Shown one piece after another: positions 53,066 through 62,688 of a stretch of 64,000 nt of DNA. The stretch's first letter is position 1. Each line of letters begins with the position of its first letter. Origin of the DNA: Giardia intestinalis (Eukaryota); NCBI GenBank assembly GCA_000002435.2, contig CM018791.1; one strand, given 5' to 3'. The notes below the pieces were generated by a model. That model was not told the origin of the DNA and made no database searches. It saw nothing but the letters and a program-made list of their open reading frames with translations. A program made the translations under genes and the position numbers.

Positions 53066-55107
53066 GTTTCCCGGTCAACGAGGTATGTCGATGGGCCTAG
53101 GCTGGCCCGGAGTCCCATTTCCCCCGGTCAACGAGGTATGTCGATGGGCCTAGCTGGCCCGGAGTTCCTGTTTCCCCGGTCAACGAGGTGCGTCGATGGG
53201 CCAACCTGTCCTGGCATGCTGTTTCCCCGGTCAACGAGGTGCGTCGATGGGCCAACCTGTCCTGGCATGCTGTTTCCCCGGTCAACGAGGTGCGTCGATG
53301 GGCCAACCTGTCCTGGCATGCCTGTTTTCCCCGGTCAACGGGTGGTCGATGGGCAACTTCCTGGCTCTTTTCCCCGGTCACGAGGTGTCGATGGGCCTAG
53401 CTGGCCGGGTCCCATTTCCCCGGTCAACGAGGTGCGTCGATGGGCCAACCTGTCCTGGCATGCCTGTTTCCCGGTCAACGAGGTGCGTCGATGGGCCAAC
53501 CTGTCCGGCATGTCCGTTTCCCCCGGTCAACGAGGTGCGTCGATGGGCCAACCTGTCCTGGCATGCGTTTCCCCGGTCAACGAGGTGCGTCGATGGGCCA
53601 ACCTGTCCTGGCATGCTGTTTCCCCGGTCAACGAGGTATGTCGATGGGCCTAGCTGGCCCGGAGTCCCATTTCCCCGGTCAACGAGGTGCGTCGATGGGC
53701 CAACCTGTCCCGGCATGCCTTTCCCCGGTCAACGAGGTGCGTCGATGGGCCAGCTGGCCCGGATCCTTTTCCCCGGTCAACGAGGTGCGTCGATGGGCCA
53801 ACCTGTCCTGGCATGCTGTTTCCCCCGGTCAACGAGGTGCGTCGATGGGCCAACCTGTCCTGGCAGCTGTTTCCCCGGTCAACGAGGTGCGTCGATGGGC
53901 CAACCTGTCCTGGCATGCTGTTTCCCCGGTCAACGAGGTATGTCGATGGGCCAGCTGCCCGGATCCCATTTCCCCGGTCAACGAGGTGCGTCGATGGGCC
54001 AACCTGTCCTGGCATGCTGTTTCCCCGGTCAACGAGGGTGATGGCCCCCCCGAGGTGCGTCGATGGGCCAACCTGTCCTGGCATGCTGTTTCCCCGGTCA
54101 ACGAGGTATGTCGATGGCCAACCTGTCCTGGCATGCTGTTTCCCCGGTCAACGAGGTGCGTCGATGGGCCAACCTGTCCTGGCATGCTGTTTCCCCGGTC
54201 AACGAGGTATGTCGATGGGCCAACCTGTCCTGGCATGCTGTTTCCCCGGTCAACGAGGTAGTCGATGGGCCACTGCCGGATCCTTCCCCGGTCAACGAGG
54301 TATGTCGATGGGCCTAGCTGGCCCGGAGTCCCATTTCCCCGGTCAACGAGGTGCGTTCGAGGGCCGTCGATGGGCCAACCTGTCCTGGCATGCTGTTTCC
54401 CCGGTCAACGAGGTGCGTCGATGGGCCAACCTGTCCTGGCATGCTGTTTCCCCGGTCAACGAGGTGCGTCGATGGGCCAACCTGTCCTGGCATGCTGTTT
54501 CCCCGGTCAACGAGGTATGTCGATGGGCCTAGCTGGCCCGGAGTCCCATTTCCCCGGTCAACGAGGTATGTCGATGGGCCTAGCTGGCCCGGAGTCCCAT
54601 TTCCCCGGTCAACGAGGTGCGTCGATGGGCCAACCTGTCCTGGCATGCTGTTTCCCCGGTCAACGAGGTGCGTCGATGGGCCAACCTGTCCTGGCATGCT
54701 GTTTCCCCGGTCAACGAGGTGCGTCGATGGGCCAACCTGTCCTGGCATGCTGTTTCCCCGGTCAACGAGGTGCGTCGATGGGCCAACCTGTCCTGGCATG
54801 CTGTTTCCCCGGTCAACGAGGTATGTCGATGGGCCAACCTGTCCTGGCATGCTGTTTCCCCGGTCAACGAGGTGCGTCGATGGGCCAACCTGTCCTGGCA
54901 TGCTGTTTCCCCGGTCAACGAGGTGCGTCGATGGGCCAACCTGTCCTGGCATGCTGTTTCCCCGGTCAACGAGGTGCGTCGATGGGCCAACCTGTCCTGG
55001 CATGCTGTTTCCCCGGTCAACGAGGTGCGTCGATGGGCCAACCTGTCCTGGCATGCTGTTTCCCCGGTCAACGAGGTGCGTCGATGGGCCAACCTGTCCT
55101 GGCATGA
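53066..55107. repeat. 51-bp tandem repeat array, distal part (about 40 units). It becomes nearly perfect type-A units at 54600-55107.
   Basis: Same 51-bp units as the proximal part. It ends abruptly at '...ggcatgatatctatctgagac', where the unique kinase-gene sequence begins. Confidence 0.95.
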
Positions 55108-57631
55108 TATCTATCTGAGACTTATCATTACTATACTTAGGTGGCATATTATATGTTCCTTTAACTAGATAATGATTCAGATTAGAAACATTTTGGGCTC
55201 CAATGTCATAATAGCTAGATTGCTGATTCTTTTGATGACTCACTGAATTTTGCATCAAGGAGCAATTGACACCCTTATCAACAAGCACTTGATTAATTTC
55301 GCAAGTAGAACCATTGTGAATAAATGCACCATCGTTTAAATCTCCGCTTAGATTTGTAGACGGATCAGCTAATGATTTAACACTCAAATGCTCCTCTTTC
55401 CATGCTACATGGCTTGATTGCTGGCTTAGGACTTCCGCCTCCCTCTGCGATTCGTACTGCATACTGGGATCTTTGGCTTGTAAAACACTTCTGTTGCTAA
55501 GGTAATTAAGCTCAGGTGTGTAACCACTTAATTGGCGTGTGTTTTCATTTGGCAAAGTATCATACAATGTGCTATCTTTAACAGAGAAAAGAGAGCTGTT
55601 ATCTCCCCTATACCCTTGCTGGTTAGATACGCTTAGCTCCCGAGCGCCGGAGATACTTATGGTATTGTAAGGTGTATTGTCTTCATGAGATAGCTCCTTC
55701 ACAGTCTCGTTTTCTCCCGGTTCTGGGTTAACAAGTGTGCTATAGCTCAAACCCCGTGCATGAGACGCCGTGATGGTAACATCATAAGGTGCTGATGGTG
55801 AAACCTGTGAACGCACGGGAAGATTTGGATCCCAACAATAGCTATGATCATACGGTGATACTGCTGTTAGAGGGGTGTTTATTTCTGACGTACTAATGTC
55901 GGACCTATCTGGCTTCTGCATCAATGTATTCTTATACTCCGTTGTATTATAAGTTGCTCTCTTCGTTTGTCGTGTGTAATCAGTCATATCATGGATTGTC
56001 TCAGCCTTGTCGTCTGGGCGCGCAGGGAATGTGTCTCCTGGCTTTCCGTATGCATAGCTCAGTACGCGGGCGCTTTTTACTAAAATCGGCCCGTCATTTC
56101 TATAAGGCGTGAGCCCCATATCGCTTCCAACTAGATTAGTTTCCATATCAGAAAAGATATCCTTCTGTGTTTTCTCTTTGTAGTCTTTTACGAGTTTATT
56201 CTCGTCTAACAATTCTTCTCTTGTTTGTGCTACCTTCTCCAGTTTATCTTTCCAATAGTTAGCCCATGATATGTCGTCAGAAATAGTGACGGGCAGTGTT
56301 CCTGAAGTAGTACTGAGAACATTCTGTGTGTCTCCAGCCACAATTGCTGTGGGCATTGTAGCCAGCAGTGTTGCATTAGGTGTAAGTGCTATCTTCTTAG
56401 TGTCTTCAGATAACTGTACTTGGTGATCAATTGCGGTTGATTTCCCCGGTTCTATTGAATTACTTACATTCCTAAATAATGTCTGTAAATTGCTTGTTGC
56501 AGCGGCACTATATCCATAGTTCTCTGGGCAGGTATTACTGTAATCGTTAGATTTGAATGTCTGCTGCTGAGACTTTGTCGCTACTAATTGATCTTGTGGA
56601 GCAGGTTTCGAAGAAGCTAAGTTGCCATATTGAGATTGGTGTAATGGGACAGTGATAAGGGGGTCTTGCTGAGATTTCGTCCAGTATGCCGGTGCTTTGG
56701 AAACCTGGCTTCGTAGGCTTTCAAACGCGGAGGGGAGCTGAGGAGGAGGCACGATGGGGCCGTGCTCCTTCAAATAGTCACGGTACACAGACCATGCTTT
56801 ATGTATTCGTGGATGCTTGAGTAACTCATCTGCAGGAGGACGACTCCTGGGGTTATGATCGAGAAGCAGATTAATTATTCTGGTTAGCTCTGCACTGTAG
56901 CCGTGATATGATGTCTTTACAAAGGAACTGAGAGATTGTATGGCTTCCTGCTTGTTGGCACATGTCTCTCTGTACCGGCGAAGCGTGCACATTTCGTGTA
57001 GTACACATCCTAACATGAACATGTCGACCTTCGCCCCATACTTATGCCCCAAGAGCATTTCAGGCGCCATGTAAACATAATCGCCAACCTGTTCAGAGAT
57101 CTCAGACGCCTGACTCAAAGAGACTGCTTGACGCATACCGCCTAAAACACACGCTGTGTTGTTAGACAAGAATATGGTTTCTGGACGTATGTTTCGATGA
57201 ATTACTATTCCGACTTCGGGACAATTCAATTTATAAGGTGAATGTAGGTAGGCAAGCACATCGCAGAGCTGGGCAAGAACCATCCAAATAGTGCTTTCGT
57301 CATAGAGATGCGCAGCCTCAAATCTGTCAACGATTTGCTGCCGTAAGCTCTGGCTTAAATATGCATCCATGAAGACATAGTACGTGTGGCGGAACTGGTC
57401 GTGGAAAACATTATGAATCTGAAGAATTCCTGGGTGCTGAAGTCTCTGTGTTAGTTGATACTGTCGATCTACATGCTCTCGAAGAGTAGTTGCAGATTGA
57501 GTGTAGTCTATAACTTTGCAGACAACGTCGTGTGAGGTCCACGTATCGTGCGCCCAATGAATCCTAGAATGCTGCCCATGGGTAAGAAGAGGCCCAAGGC
57601 GGTACCTATCCATCAGGAGAGTCGTGAGCAT
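54314..57631 (-). CDS. NEK-like pseudokinase with a long S/T/N/Y-rich linker. Its 3' end reads at least 16 copies of a 17-aa repeat (SMPGQVGPSTHLVDRGN) from the satellite.
   Basis: N-terminal kinase-like domain ('LAYLHSP', 'IVIHRNIRPETIFL', 'YMAPEMLLGHKYGAKVDMFMLGCVLHEMC'). The stop-free frame continues for 1.6 kb of unique sequence before entering the array. The ATG at 57631 was verified. Confidence 0.7.
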   Translation of the reverse strand: MLTTLLMDRYRLGPLLTHGQHSRIHWAHDTWTSHDVVCKVIDYTQSATTLREHVDRQYQLTQRLQHPGILQIHNVFHDQFRHTYYVFMDAYLSQSLRQQIVDRFEAAHLYDESTIWMVLAQLCDVLAYLHSPYKLNCPEVGIVIHRNIRPETIFLSNNTACVLGGMRQAVSLSQASEISEQVGDYVYMAPEMLLGHKYGAKVDMFMLGCVLHEMCTLRRYRETCANKQEAIQSLSSFVKTSYHGYSAELTRIINLLLDHNPRSRPPADELLKHPRIHKAWSVYRDYLKEHGPIVPPPQLPSAFESLRSQVSKAPAYWTKSQQDPLITVPLHQSQYGNLASSKPAPQDQLVATKSQQQTFKSNDYSNTCPENYGYSAAATSNLQTLFRNVSNSIEPGKSTAIDHQVQLSEDTKKIALTPNATLLATMPTAIVAGDTQNVLSTTSGTLPVTISDDISWANYWKDKLEKVAQTREELLDENKLVKDYKEKTQKDIFSDMETNLVGSDMGLTPYRNDGPILVKSARVLSYAYGKPGDTFPARPDDKAETIHDMTDYTRQTKRATYNTTEYKNTLMQKPDRSDISTSEINTPLTAVSPYDHSYCWDPNLPVRSQVSPSAPYDVTITASHARGLSYSTLVNPEPGENETVKELSHEDNTPYNTISISGARELSVSNQQGYRGDNSSLFSVKDSTLYDTLPNENTRQLSGYTPELNYLSNRSVLQAKDPSMQYESQREAEVLSQQSSHVAWKEEHLSVKSLADPSTNLSGDLNDGAFIHNGSTCEINQVLVDKGVNCSLMQNSVSHQKNQQSSYYDIGAQNVSNLNHYLVKGTYNMPPKYSNDKSQIDIMPGQVGPSTHLVDRGNSMPGQVGPSTHLVDRGNSMPGQVGPSTHLVDRGNSMPGQVGPSTHLVDRGNSMPGQVGPSTHLVDRGNSMPGQVGPSTYLVDRGNSMPGQVGPSTHLVDRGNSMPGQVGPSTHLVDRGNSMPGQVGPSTHLVDRGNSMPGQVGPSTHLVDRGNGTPGQLGPSTYLVDRGNGTPGQLGPSTYLVDRGNSMPGQVGPSTHLVDRGNSMPGQVGPSTHLVDRGNSMPGQVGPSTALERTSLTGEMGLRAS

Positions 57632-57655
57632 TGAGAGGCAAATTTAAGAATAAAT

Positions 57656-59113
57656 TTACTCATTTTGGATAGCATCATCGACGAATTGAGACATATATGG
57701 TGTTTTGACACTAAATACAGAAGAATCAAGCCAATTTCTTTTCAAGATAGGCGATGCTTGAGCAGAATTGTTGTCTTGTTCTATTGTTCTAGTATGGTTA
57801 TCCTGGCCACCATCAAAATAGGCCATAGTATTAGATTGACGTATGGCTTGCAAAGTGTGATCATCGGCAGAGCTACATGATTGAATTTTATGCTGCTCTT
57901 TATCTTGAACGAAGTCCTGTACGATTGGTCTAAGATGACTAGGGCTCTGCTTCCTTTGTCGTTTATGCTTTAATGCATGCGATTGCTGCTTGTTGATCAG
58001 TAAGCTATCATCAAGAATAGAGCAACCACGCTTCTCTTCAAAGTCAAGAAGCAGAATATCATTGTAACGCGCCACGTAGTGAGCCTTGATGTTCGCAGCA
58101 GAGCCAGCTGAAGCACTTGCAAGCTCGGAAGACTCGTGGCTTTCAATGCTTGCTTGCGTGCACAAGAGATTGATGGACGAATCATCGTCTGCATGAACAC
58201 TACAAAACTGAGCATCCTGTGGCTGTAGCTCTTCTTCCTTTTCCTCTTCTTCTGTAAGCCCGTAAGTCCCCAAGCGAGCCTTATATGATTGAATCATTTC
58301 GCGAATAATTCCGTTAACAGATAGCACATCAACTGCTAGGCGGCATTCAGGCTCTAGTTCTAGGAAGGTGTTTATTATAGACGTCAAACTAGTGGAGTAC
58401 AGGGGCATCTGCACCTTTCTCTGCAGCTTTCCTAGCTTTTGTAAGGCATCCATTGGGTTTAGTGCAAGACAGAAAGGCCTAAACGTACAGAGTTCATATA
58501 TTATGCAACCCAAAGACCAAATGTCAGATTTTGTAGTAGCAACCCCTGTCCGCAGTAGCTCCGGTGCTCTATACTCTGCTGTGTGCACAGGAAAGCACTT
58601 GTAATACATGAGCTTGCGGGAGAGACTCAGAAAGCTCACAGTAATGATATCTAAGTTATCGATAAAGATAGATTCTGGTGTCAATGCATAAAGTAAAGCC
58701 TGGTCATGATTGGGCCCAACATCGTGTAGATAAGATAGAAGATCAATGAACTGAGATAGTATATACCAGACGCTCCGTTCTGGAAGGTGCGAGCCCCGAT
58801 CCAGAGCCTTTCGGCGTCTGATGTATTGACTCAGGGTCTCCTGCTTAACTTGCTCCATAAACAGGAAGTAACGTTGACCAGCACGATCATGCAACACGCT
58901 GAGATAATGAACAAGCAGAGGGTGTCGAAGCCGCTTAATTAGAGCAACCTCTCTGTGGAGCACAGCGGCCTCATGTGGAGACAGCCGACCGTACTCATAA
59001 ACCTTACAGAGACATGACTTCTGAATGCGTAGATCCGCTGCTTCGTATATTATGCTGTAGGAGCATGCCTTGAAGGGTTTTCCAAGACAAAACCTGTCGA
59101 GAATTCTAATCAT
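57656..59113 (-). CDS. NEK-like (pseudo)kinase. The ORF track starts at a TTG (59209); the first ATG is codon 33.
   Basis: Kinase-like subdomains 'CLCKVYEYG', 'LSYLHDVG' and 'DIWSLGCIIYELCTFRPF' are present. The HRD motif is absent ('LTPESIFID'). The initiator 'aaaaaacggttagaattaATG' is AT-rich. Confidence 0.75.
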   Translation of the reverse strand: MIRILDRFCLGKPFKACSYSIIYEAADLRIQKSCLCKVYEYGRLSPHEAAVLHREVALIKRLRHPLLVHYLSVLHDRAGQRYFLFMEQVKQETLSQYIRRRKALDRGSHLPERSVWYILSQFIDLLSYLHDVGPNHDQALLYALTPESIFIDNLDIITVSFLSLSRKLMYYKCFPVHTAEYRAPELLRTGVATTKSDIWSLGCIIYELCTFRPFCLALNPMDALQKLGKLQRKVQMPLYSTSLTSIINTFLELEPECRLAVDVLSVNGIIREMIQSYKARLGTYGLTEEEEKEEELQPQDAQFCSVHADDDSSINLLCTQASIESHESSELASASAGSAANIKAHYVARYNDILLLDFEEKRGCSILDDSLLINKQQSHALKHKRQRKQSPSHLRPIVQDFVQDKEQHKIQSCSSADDHTLQAIRQSNTMAYFDGGQDNHTRTIEQDNNSAQASPILKRNWLDSSVFSVKTPYMSQFVDDAIQNE

Positions 59114-59214
59114 TAATTCTAACCGTTTTTTGATCCTTTGATTCAAGTCAGAGCCCGCGGACGAGCTGCAAACAGACAGCGAAATAATTACGCTCACTAC
59201 CCTCCACAAACAAC

Positions 59215-60354
59215 TTAGTCGGCAAGAATTGTCCCTGGAGCAGTTAGTATCGACGACGTACCATGTTCAGACGACACTGTGGGGATACGCTTTGACCTTT
59301 CTGATGATGTTAGCCCAAACTGGGACACCAGCTCTCGATTTAACGTACAGCAGTTTCCCACTGGCTTCCCACAAACACAAAGAAGATCATGTTGGATCTC
59401 ACTGGAGAGCATTGGAGATTGAGCAGGTTGTGTCTTCCGTAGTGCTTCGTTATGAGAAATGACCCGCCTATACGTTCTCCATATATCGCAGACTGTATTC
59501 AGCTTCAAGATTTGCTTTGCATAGATACGCTGGCTAGGCTCTGGAGCAAGCATCTGAGAAAGAAGCGAGATTATATTGGCATCTTTACCGGTCAGTAGAG
59601 GGTCACTTTTGAAGGAGGGCGGTGCTGAGATGGAGTGTAGAATCTCTGACAAGCACGTCCCTTGAATGTACGGCACTCCGAGATAGAACTCATACATGAA
59701 GCATCCTAAGGACCAGATGTCTGAAGCCCACGTAGCTTGCTTACCCATCAAGATCTCTGGAGAAAGGTAGCGGGCGGTATTTGCAGACTGGCAATCAACG
59801 TTATTCGTTTCAATGTATTTGGACATTCGTATCTGTGCCACCGTTACCACTCCCAGATTATCCAGATAAATGCCAGCAGGGTCTAGAGAGCGCAGAATGA
59901 CTGTACTGATGTCCGGTGCATTTCTCTTAGACGGACTATGAAGATAAGCAAGAAGTTCCGCCAATTGCATCAGGACGAGCCAAAAGGTCTGCTTACTTGG
60001 GCTGGAAAATGTAGGGAGCTGATAGCTTCCTGTTCCAAAACGTAACCGTTGGTGCATCTTTAAACTATCTGTGCGCATGTCCTTCATGACCAAAAACGAT
60101 GAACCTATAGAGTCTCCCTCAGCTATCTCCAAATATTCCATCAAATTTGGATGTCTAAGTGTGCGCGTCAGTGATATATTCAAGTGCAACTGCGAGAGCA
60201 ACGAGAGTGAGAGCTTTGAGTAAATCAATCTCTTACACACACACGGTCTATAAGTATACCGATCAACAGCTAAATATAGAAACCCATGAGCTGTCTTCTG
60301 GCAAACGCTCCCCAGCTCGTACCGTTTCCCTATTACGATGCTAGTTTTCATCAT
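59215..60354 (-). CDS. NEK-like (pseudo)kinase, 379 aa.
   Basis: 'LAYLHSPSKRNAPDISTVILRSLDPAGIYLDN' and 'DIWSLGCFMYEF' are present. The catalytic Asp is absent. ATG verified. It lies only 5 bp from the upstream gene. Confidence 0.75.
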   Translation of the reverse strand: MMKTSIVIGKRYELGSVCQKTAHGFLYLAVDRYTYRPCVCKRLIYSKLSLSLLSQLHLNISLTRTLRHPNLMEYLEIAEGDSIGSSFLVMKDMRTDSLKMHQRLRFGTGSYQLPTFSSPSKQTFWLVLMQLAELLAYLHSPSKRNAPDISTVILRSLDPAGIYLDNLGVVTVAQIRMSKYIETNNVDCQSANTARYLSPEILMGKQATWASDIWSLGCFMYEFYLGVPYIQGTCLSEILHSISAPPSFKSDPLLTGKDANIISLLSQMLAPEPSQRIYAKQILKLNTVCDIWRTYRRVISHNEALRKTQPAQSPMLSSEIQHDLLCVCGKPVGNCCTLNRELVSQFGLTSSERSKRIPTVSSEHGTSSILTAPGTILAD

Positions 60355-60418
60355 CTGCCCACACAGTTTTTGAAAACCGTAGGCTTAAAGCATTAACAAG
60401 GGATCAAAACAAATATCT

Positions 60419-62206
60419 TTACTGCATACTAGATTGAATAGATGAGATGTGCATAGATGACGGTTGTTCTCTATACCTATTGGGTCTGCCCTCATAAACG
60501 TCTGCTGGTTGCACAGAATTGTAAGAAATCTGTGCCTTGTATGATTGAATAGGGGAAGTGGCGACAGATTGCTTAAGAAAGTTGGGGCTGCAATGCACAG
60601 CATTGTGCTGTGTTGATGGCTTAACGAGTTTTCTAGCACTTGGGTGCAAATGCTGAGAAGATATGAATCCGTGTGTGTTAGGAGGAATGATCCTGTCTCG
60701 AATGAGCTCTAAGGATGGAACATCAGTTATAATATCCTGAAGCGTTACTGGAGAAGGCGTTCCAACCCCCTGATCACACATGTACTGATCCTGAATGGCA
60801 GGTTGATGCATAGTCTCAGGCTTATCGTCGACAGTGATTTCCTGAGAGTGCCTGCTCGGGAATGAAGACTGTTGTACCGGCTGTTCGTTCATTGATACCG
60901 AGCCACTTGAAGAAAAGCTAGCAGTGGGACTGAAACTAGAGATAGAGCTGCCTTGAAGCAGGTTTGCATTGTCGCTAAAGACTGATGGTTGCTCACTTAT
61001 CTGATTATACTGGATAGGGCGCCTAGCTCCGAGGGGCCGCGTGCGTGGCTCTGCAAACACTTTGCTGAGCATGTAGCGACGATGATGCCCTTTGCCCTGC
61101 TTAGATATCCAGTTGTTAACAATAGTGTAAGTATTCCCAGATGAATTTGCAACACGCGTATAGGAAACATTATGTGAATACGGGGGTTCTGCAGCAAGTT
61201 TCTTTAGGTACCGGCGATAGCCACAGCAATCGTCCATATTTCCTCCACATGCACAGGTACTCATTCGGGCTATACGTGGTTTGCGCTTATAGTAATGGAC
61301 CCGCAAGAGCTCCTTATATGTAATCATTAGCTCAGCTATTGGGGGGCGTGCAATAAGGTCATCGGTGCTGGGCCGCCTTTCTGGGCGTGGATTCAAAAGG
61401 TCTGTAATGAAGTCTGACAACTTTCTTGAATACTTAAACTTTGTGTTTGCTGGATTGGTTGTTAGTTCAACCGTTATGTTGGGAGGTGCAAGACTTAGTT
61501 CTAGCACTTGCTGTCTTGTCCAGCCAGTAACATATGGTCTGCGCATGCATAGCTCAAAGAGCGTTGCGCCTAGTGACCAGATGTCCATAGTGTGGAAAGG
61601 CCTAGCACCTGCTAAGAGCTCTGGGGCATTATAACAAGGGGTCTCGTAGTCAGCTGACTCCGGAAATATATCAAAACGTGCTAGTCGAACTGTGTCCACG
61701 AGAACAAAGCCCATTTCGCTAATATATATGCAAGACGGCCTCAAATCCAGGAGAACTTTGTCTTTTGTGGCTGTCTGAGATGAGTAGTCTGCCAAGAACT
61801 TAATGAGTTGAGTGGCGATCATCCAAATGGTGTCTTCGGAGAAAAAGAAGTCGTCCATAATAGCAGTATCCAACTGGGTTCGCAGGTCTCCGTACTTATG
61901 TAGATCTACAAGAGCAGCAAGGTTTCCACCTTTTTGGTCCAAGACTACGCTGCTGTATTTCATCTGTCCCGGAAATGTAGATTTCTGGGCCAAGGCTGCT
62001 TCGTAACGAATGAGCTCAATCTGGTGGCTTGTCAGCTTTGCAAGTGGAAACTTCTTACAGCTAAATTGCCGCTGCGACGTGATGTCTTTCATACAGAATA
62101 TGTGTGAGTATTTGCCACGAAAAATCTCAGACTCTTGCCGATACCTTCCTAAGAGAAGTTGGTCCTCGGCAGCAGGCTGTGTGGCAGGATAGTTGACTGC
62201 TAACAT
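60419..62206 (-). CDS. NEK-like (pseudo)kinase with a C-terminal low-complexity tail, 595 aa.
   Basis: 'LLDLRPSCIYISEMG', 'YNAPELLAGARPFHTMDIWSLGATLFELC'. The polyA signal AGTAAAG lies 6 nt after the stop. ATG verified. Confidence 0.75.
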   Translation of the reverse strand: MLAVNYPATQPAAEDQLLLGRYRQESEIFRGKYSHIFCMKDITSQRQFSCKKFPLAKLTSHQIELIRYEAALAQKSTFPGQMKYSSVVLDQKGGNLAALVDLHKYGDLRTQLDTAIMDDFFFSEDTIWMIATQLIKFLADYSSQTATKDKVLLDLRPSCIYISEMGFVLVDTVRLARFDIFPESADYETPCYNAPELLAGARPFHTMDIWSLGATLFELCMRRPYVTGWTRQQVLELSLAPPNITVELTTNPANTKFKYSRKLSDFITDLLNPRPERRPSTDDLIARPPIAELMITYKELLRVHYYKRKPRIARMSTCACGGNMDDCCGYRRYLKKLAAEPPYSHNVSYTRVANSSGNTYTIVNNWISKQGKGHHRRYMLSKVFAEPRTRPLGARRPIQYNQISEQPSVFSDNANLLQGSSISSFSPTASFSSSGSVSMNEQPVQQSSFPSRHSQEITVDDKPETMHQPAIQDQYMCDQGVGTPSPVTLQDIITDVPSLELIRDRIIPPNTHGFISSQHLHPSARKLVKPSTQHNAVHCSPNFLKQSVATSPIQSYKAQISYNSVQPADVYEGRPNRYREQPSSMHISSIQSSMQ

Positions 62207-62688
62207 CTAGCCTTGAACTCTGTGTGTCCACTGCAGAGACTGTGCTAATTTAAAAACTCTTCAGGCTATTGGGGTTACAGAGTTTGTTTTTGAAACACAG
62301 ACCTAGCTTACAACGTAGAGTAACAACCACTCGCCTACAGCTAGGTCGTTTTCATTTACTTCACATAAAACGGTCAACCTAAAGAAGCAGAATAATTTAT
62401 ATAAATTAAACTAAGAGTTTTTAATCCGCTCAAGATACACCCAAAGGTACAGCTTATGCATAACCTGTAACTATAATTAAGAATACACAACAATACATGC
62501 GTTGAGAGCTACCCGTTTTGGTCGAGATTGTCTGATTTGATAGTAGCTTCGTAGCAATCTTCGCAATGATTTAAAATTTTGCCTGCGTGCTAGTGCTTAT
62601 GATGACATAGGTTCACCATAGCCTTGCTTCTATCAAGACAGGAGATGTCACAGTGTTCGTACCGCACAGTAAAAAGCGCTGACAAGAC

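Noticed and set aside
43076-53653. Giant ORFs of 3000-3500 aa spanning 43.0-53.7 kb on both strands.
   Set aside because: They consist almost entirely of X translated from the 9347-N assembly gap. They are artefacts.
39707-55107. The possibility that the regular short-repeat array is a CRISPR array.
   Set aside because: The units are contiguous with no unique spacers, and the organism is a eukaryote. It is a minisatellite.
39666-55168. Dozens of overlapping ORF-track 'proteins' on both strands inside the 51-bp array (for example 39747..42047, 40601..42247, 42473..43468 and 54351..55118).
   Set aside because: They are the same 17-codon unit read in the 5 stop-free frames. They begin and end at random indels and have no independent coding evidence. 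Only the minus frame continuous with the kinase gene is discussed as possibly real.
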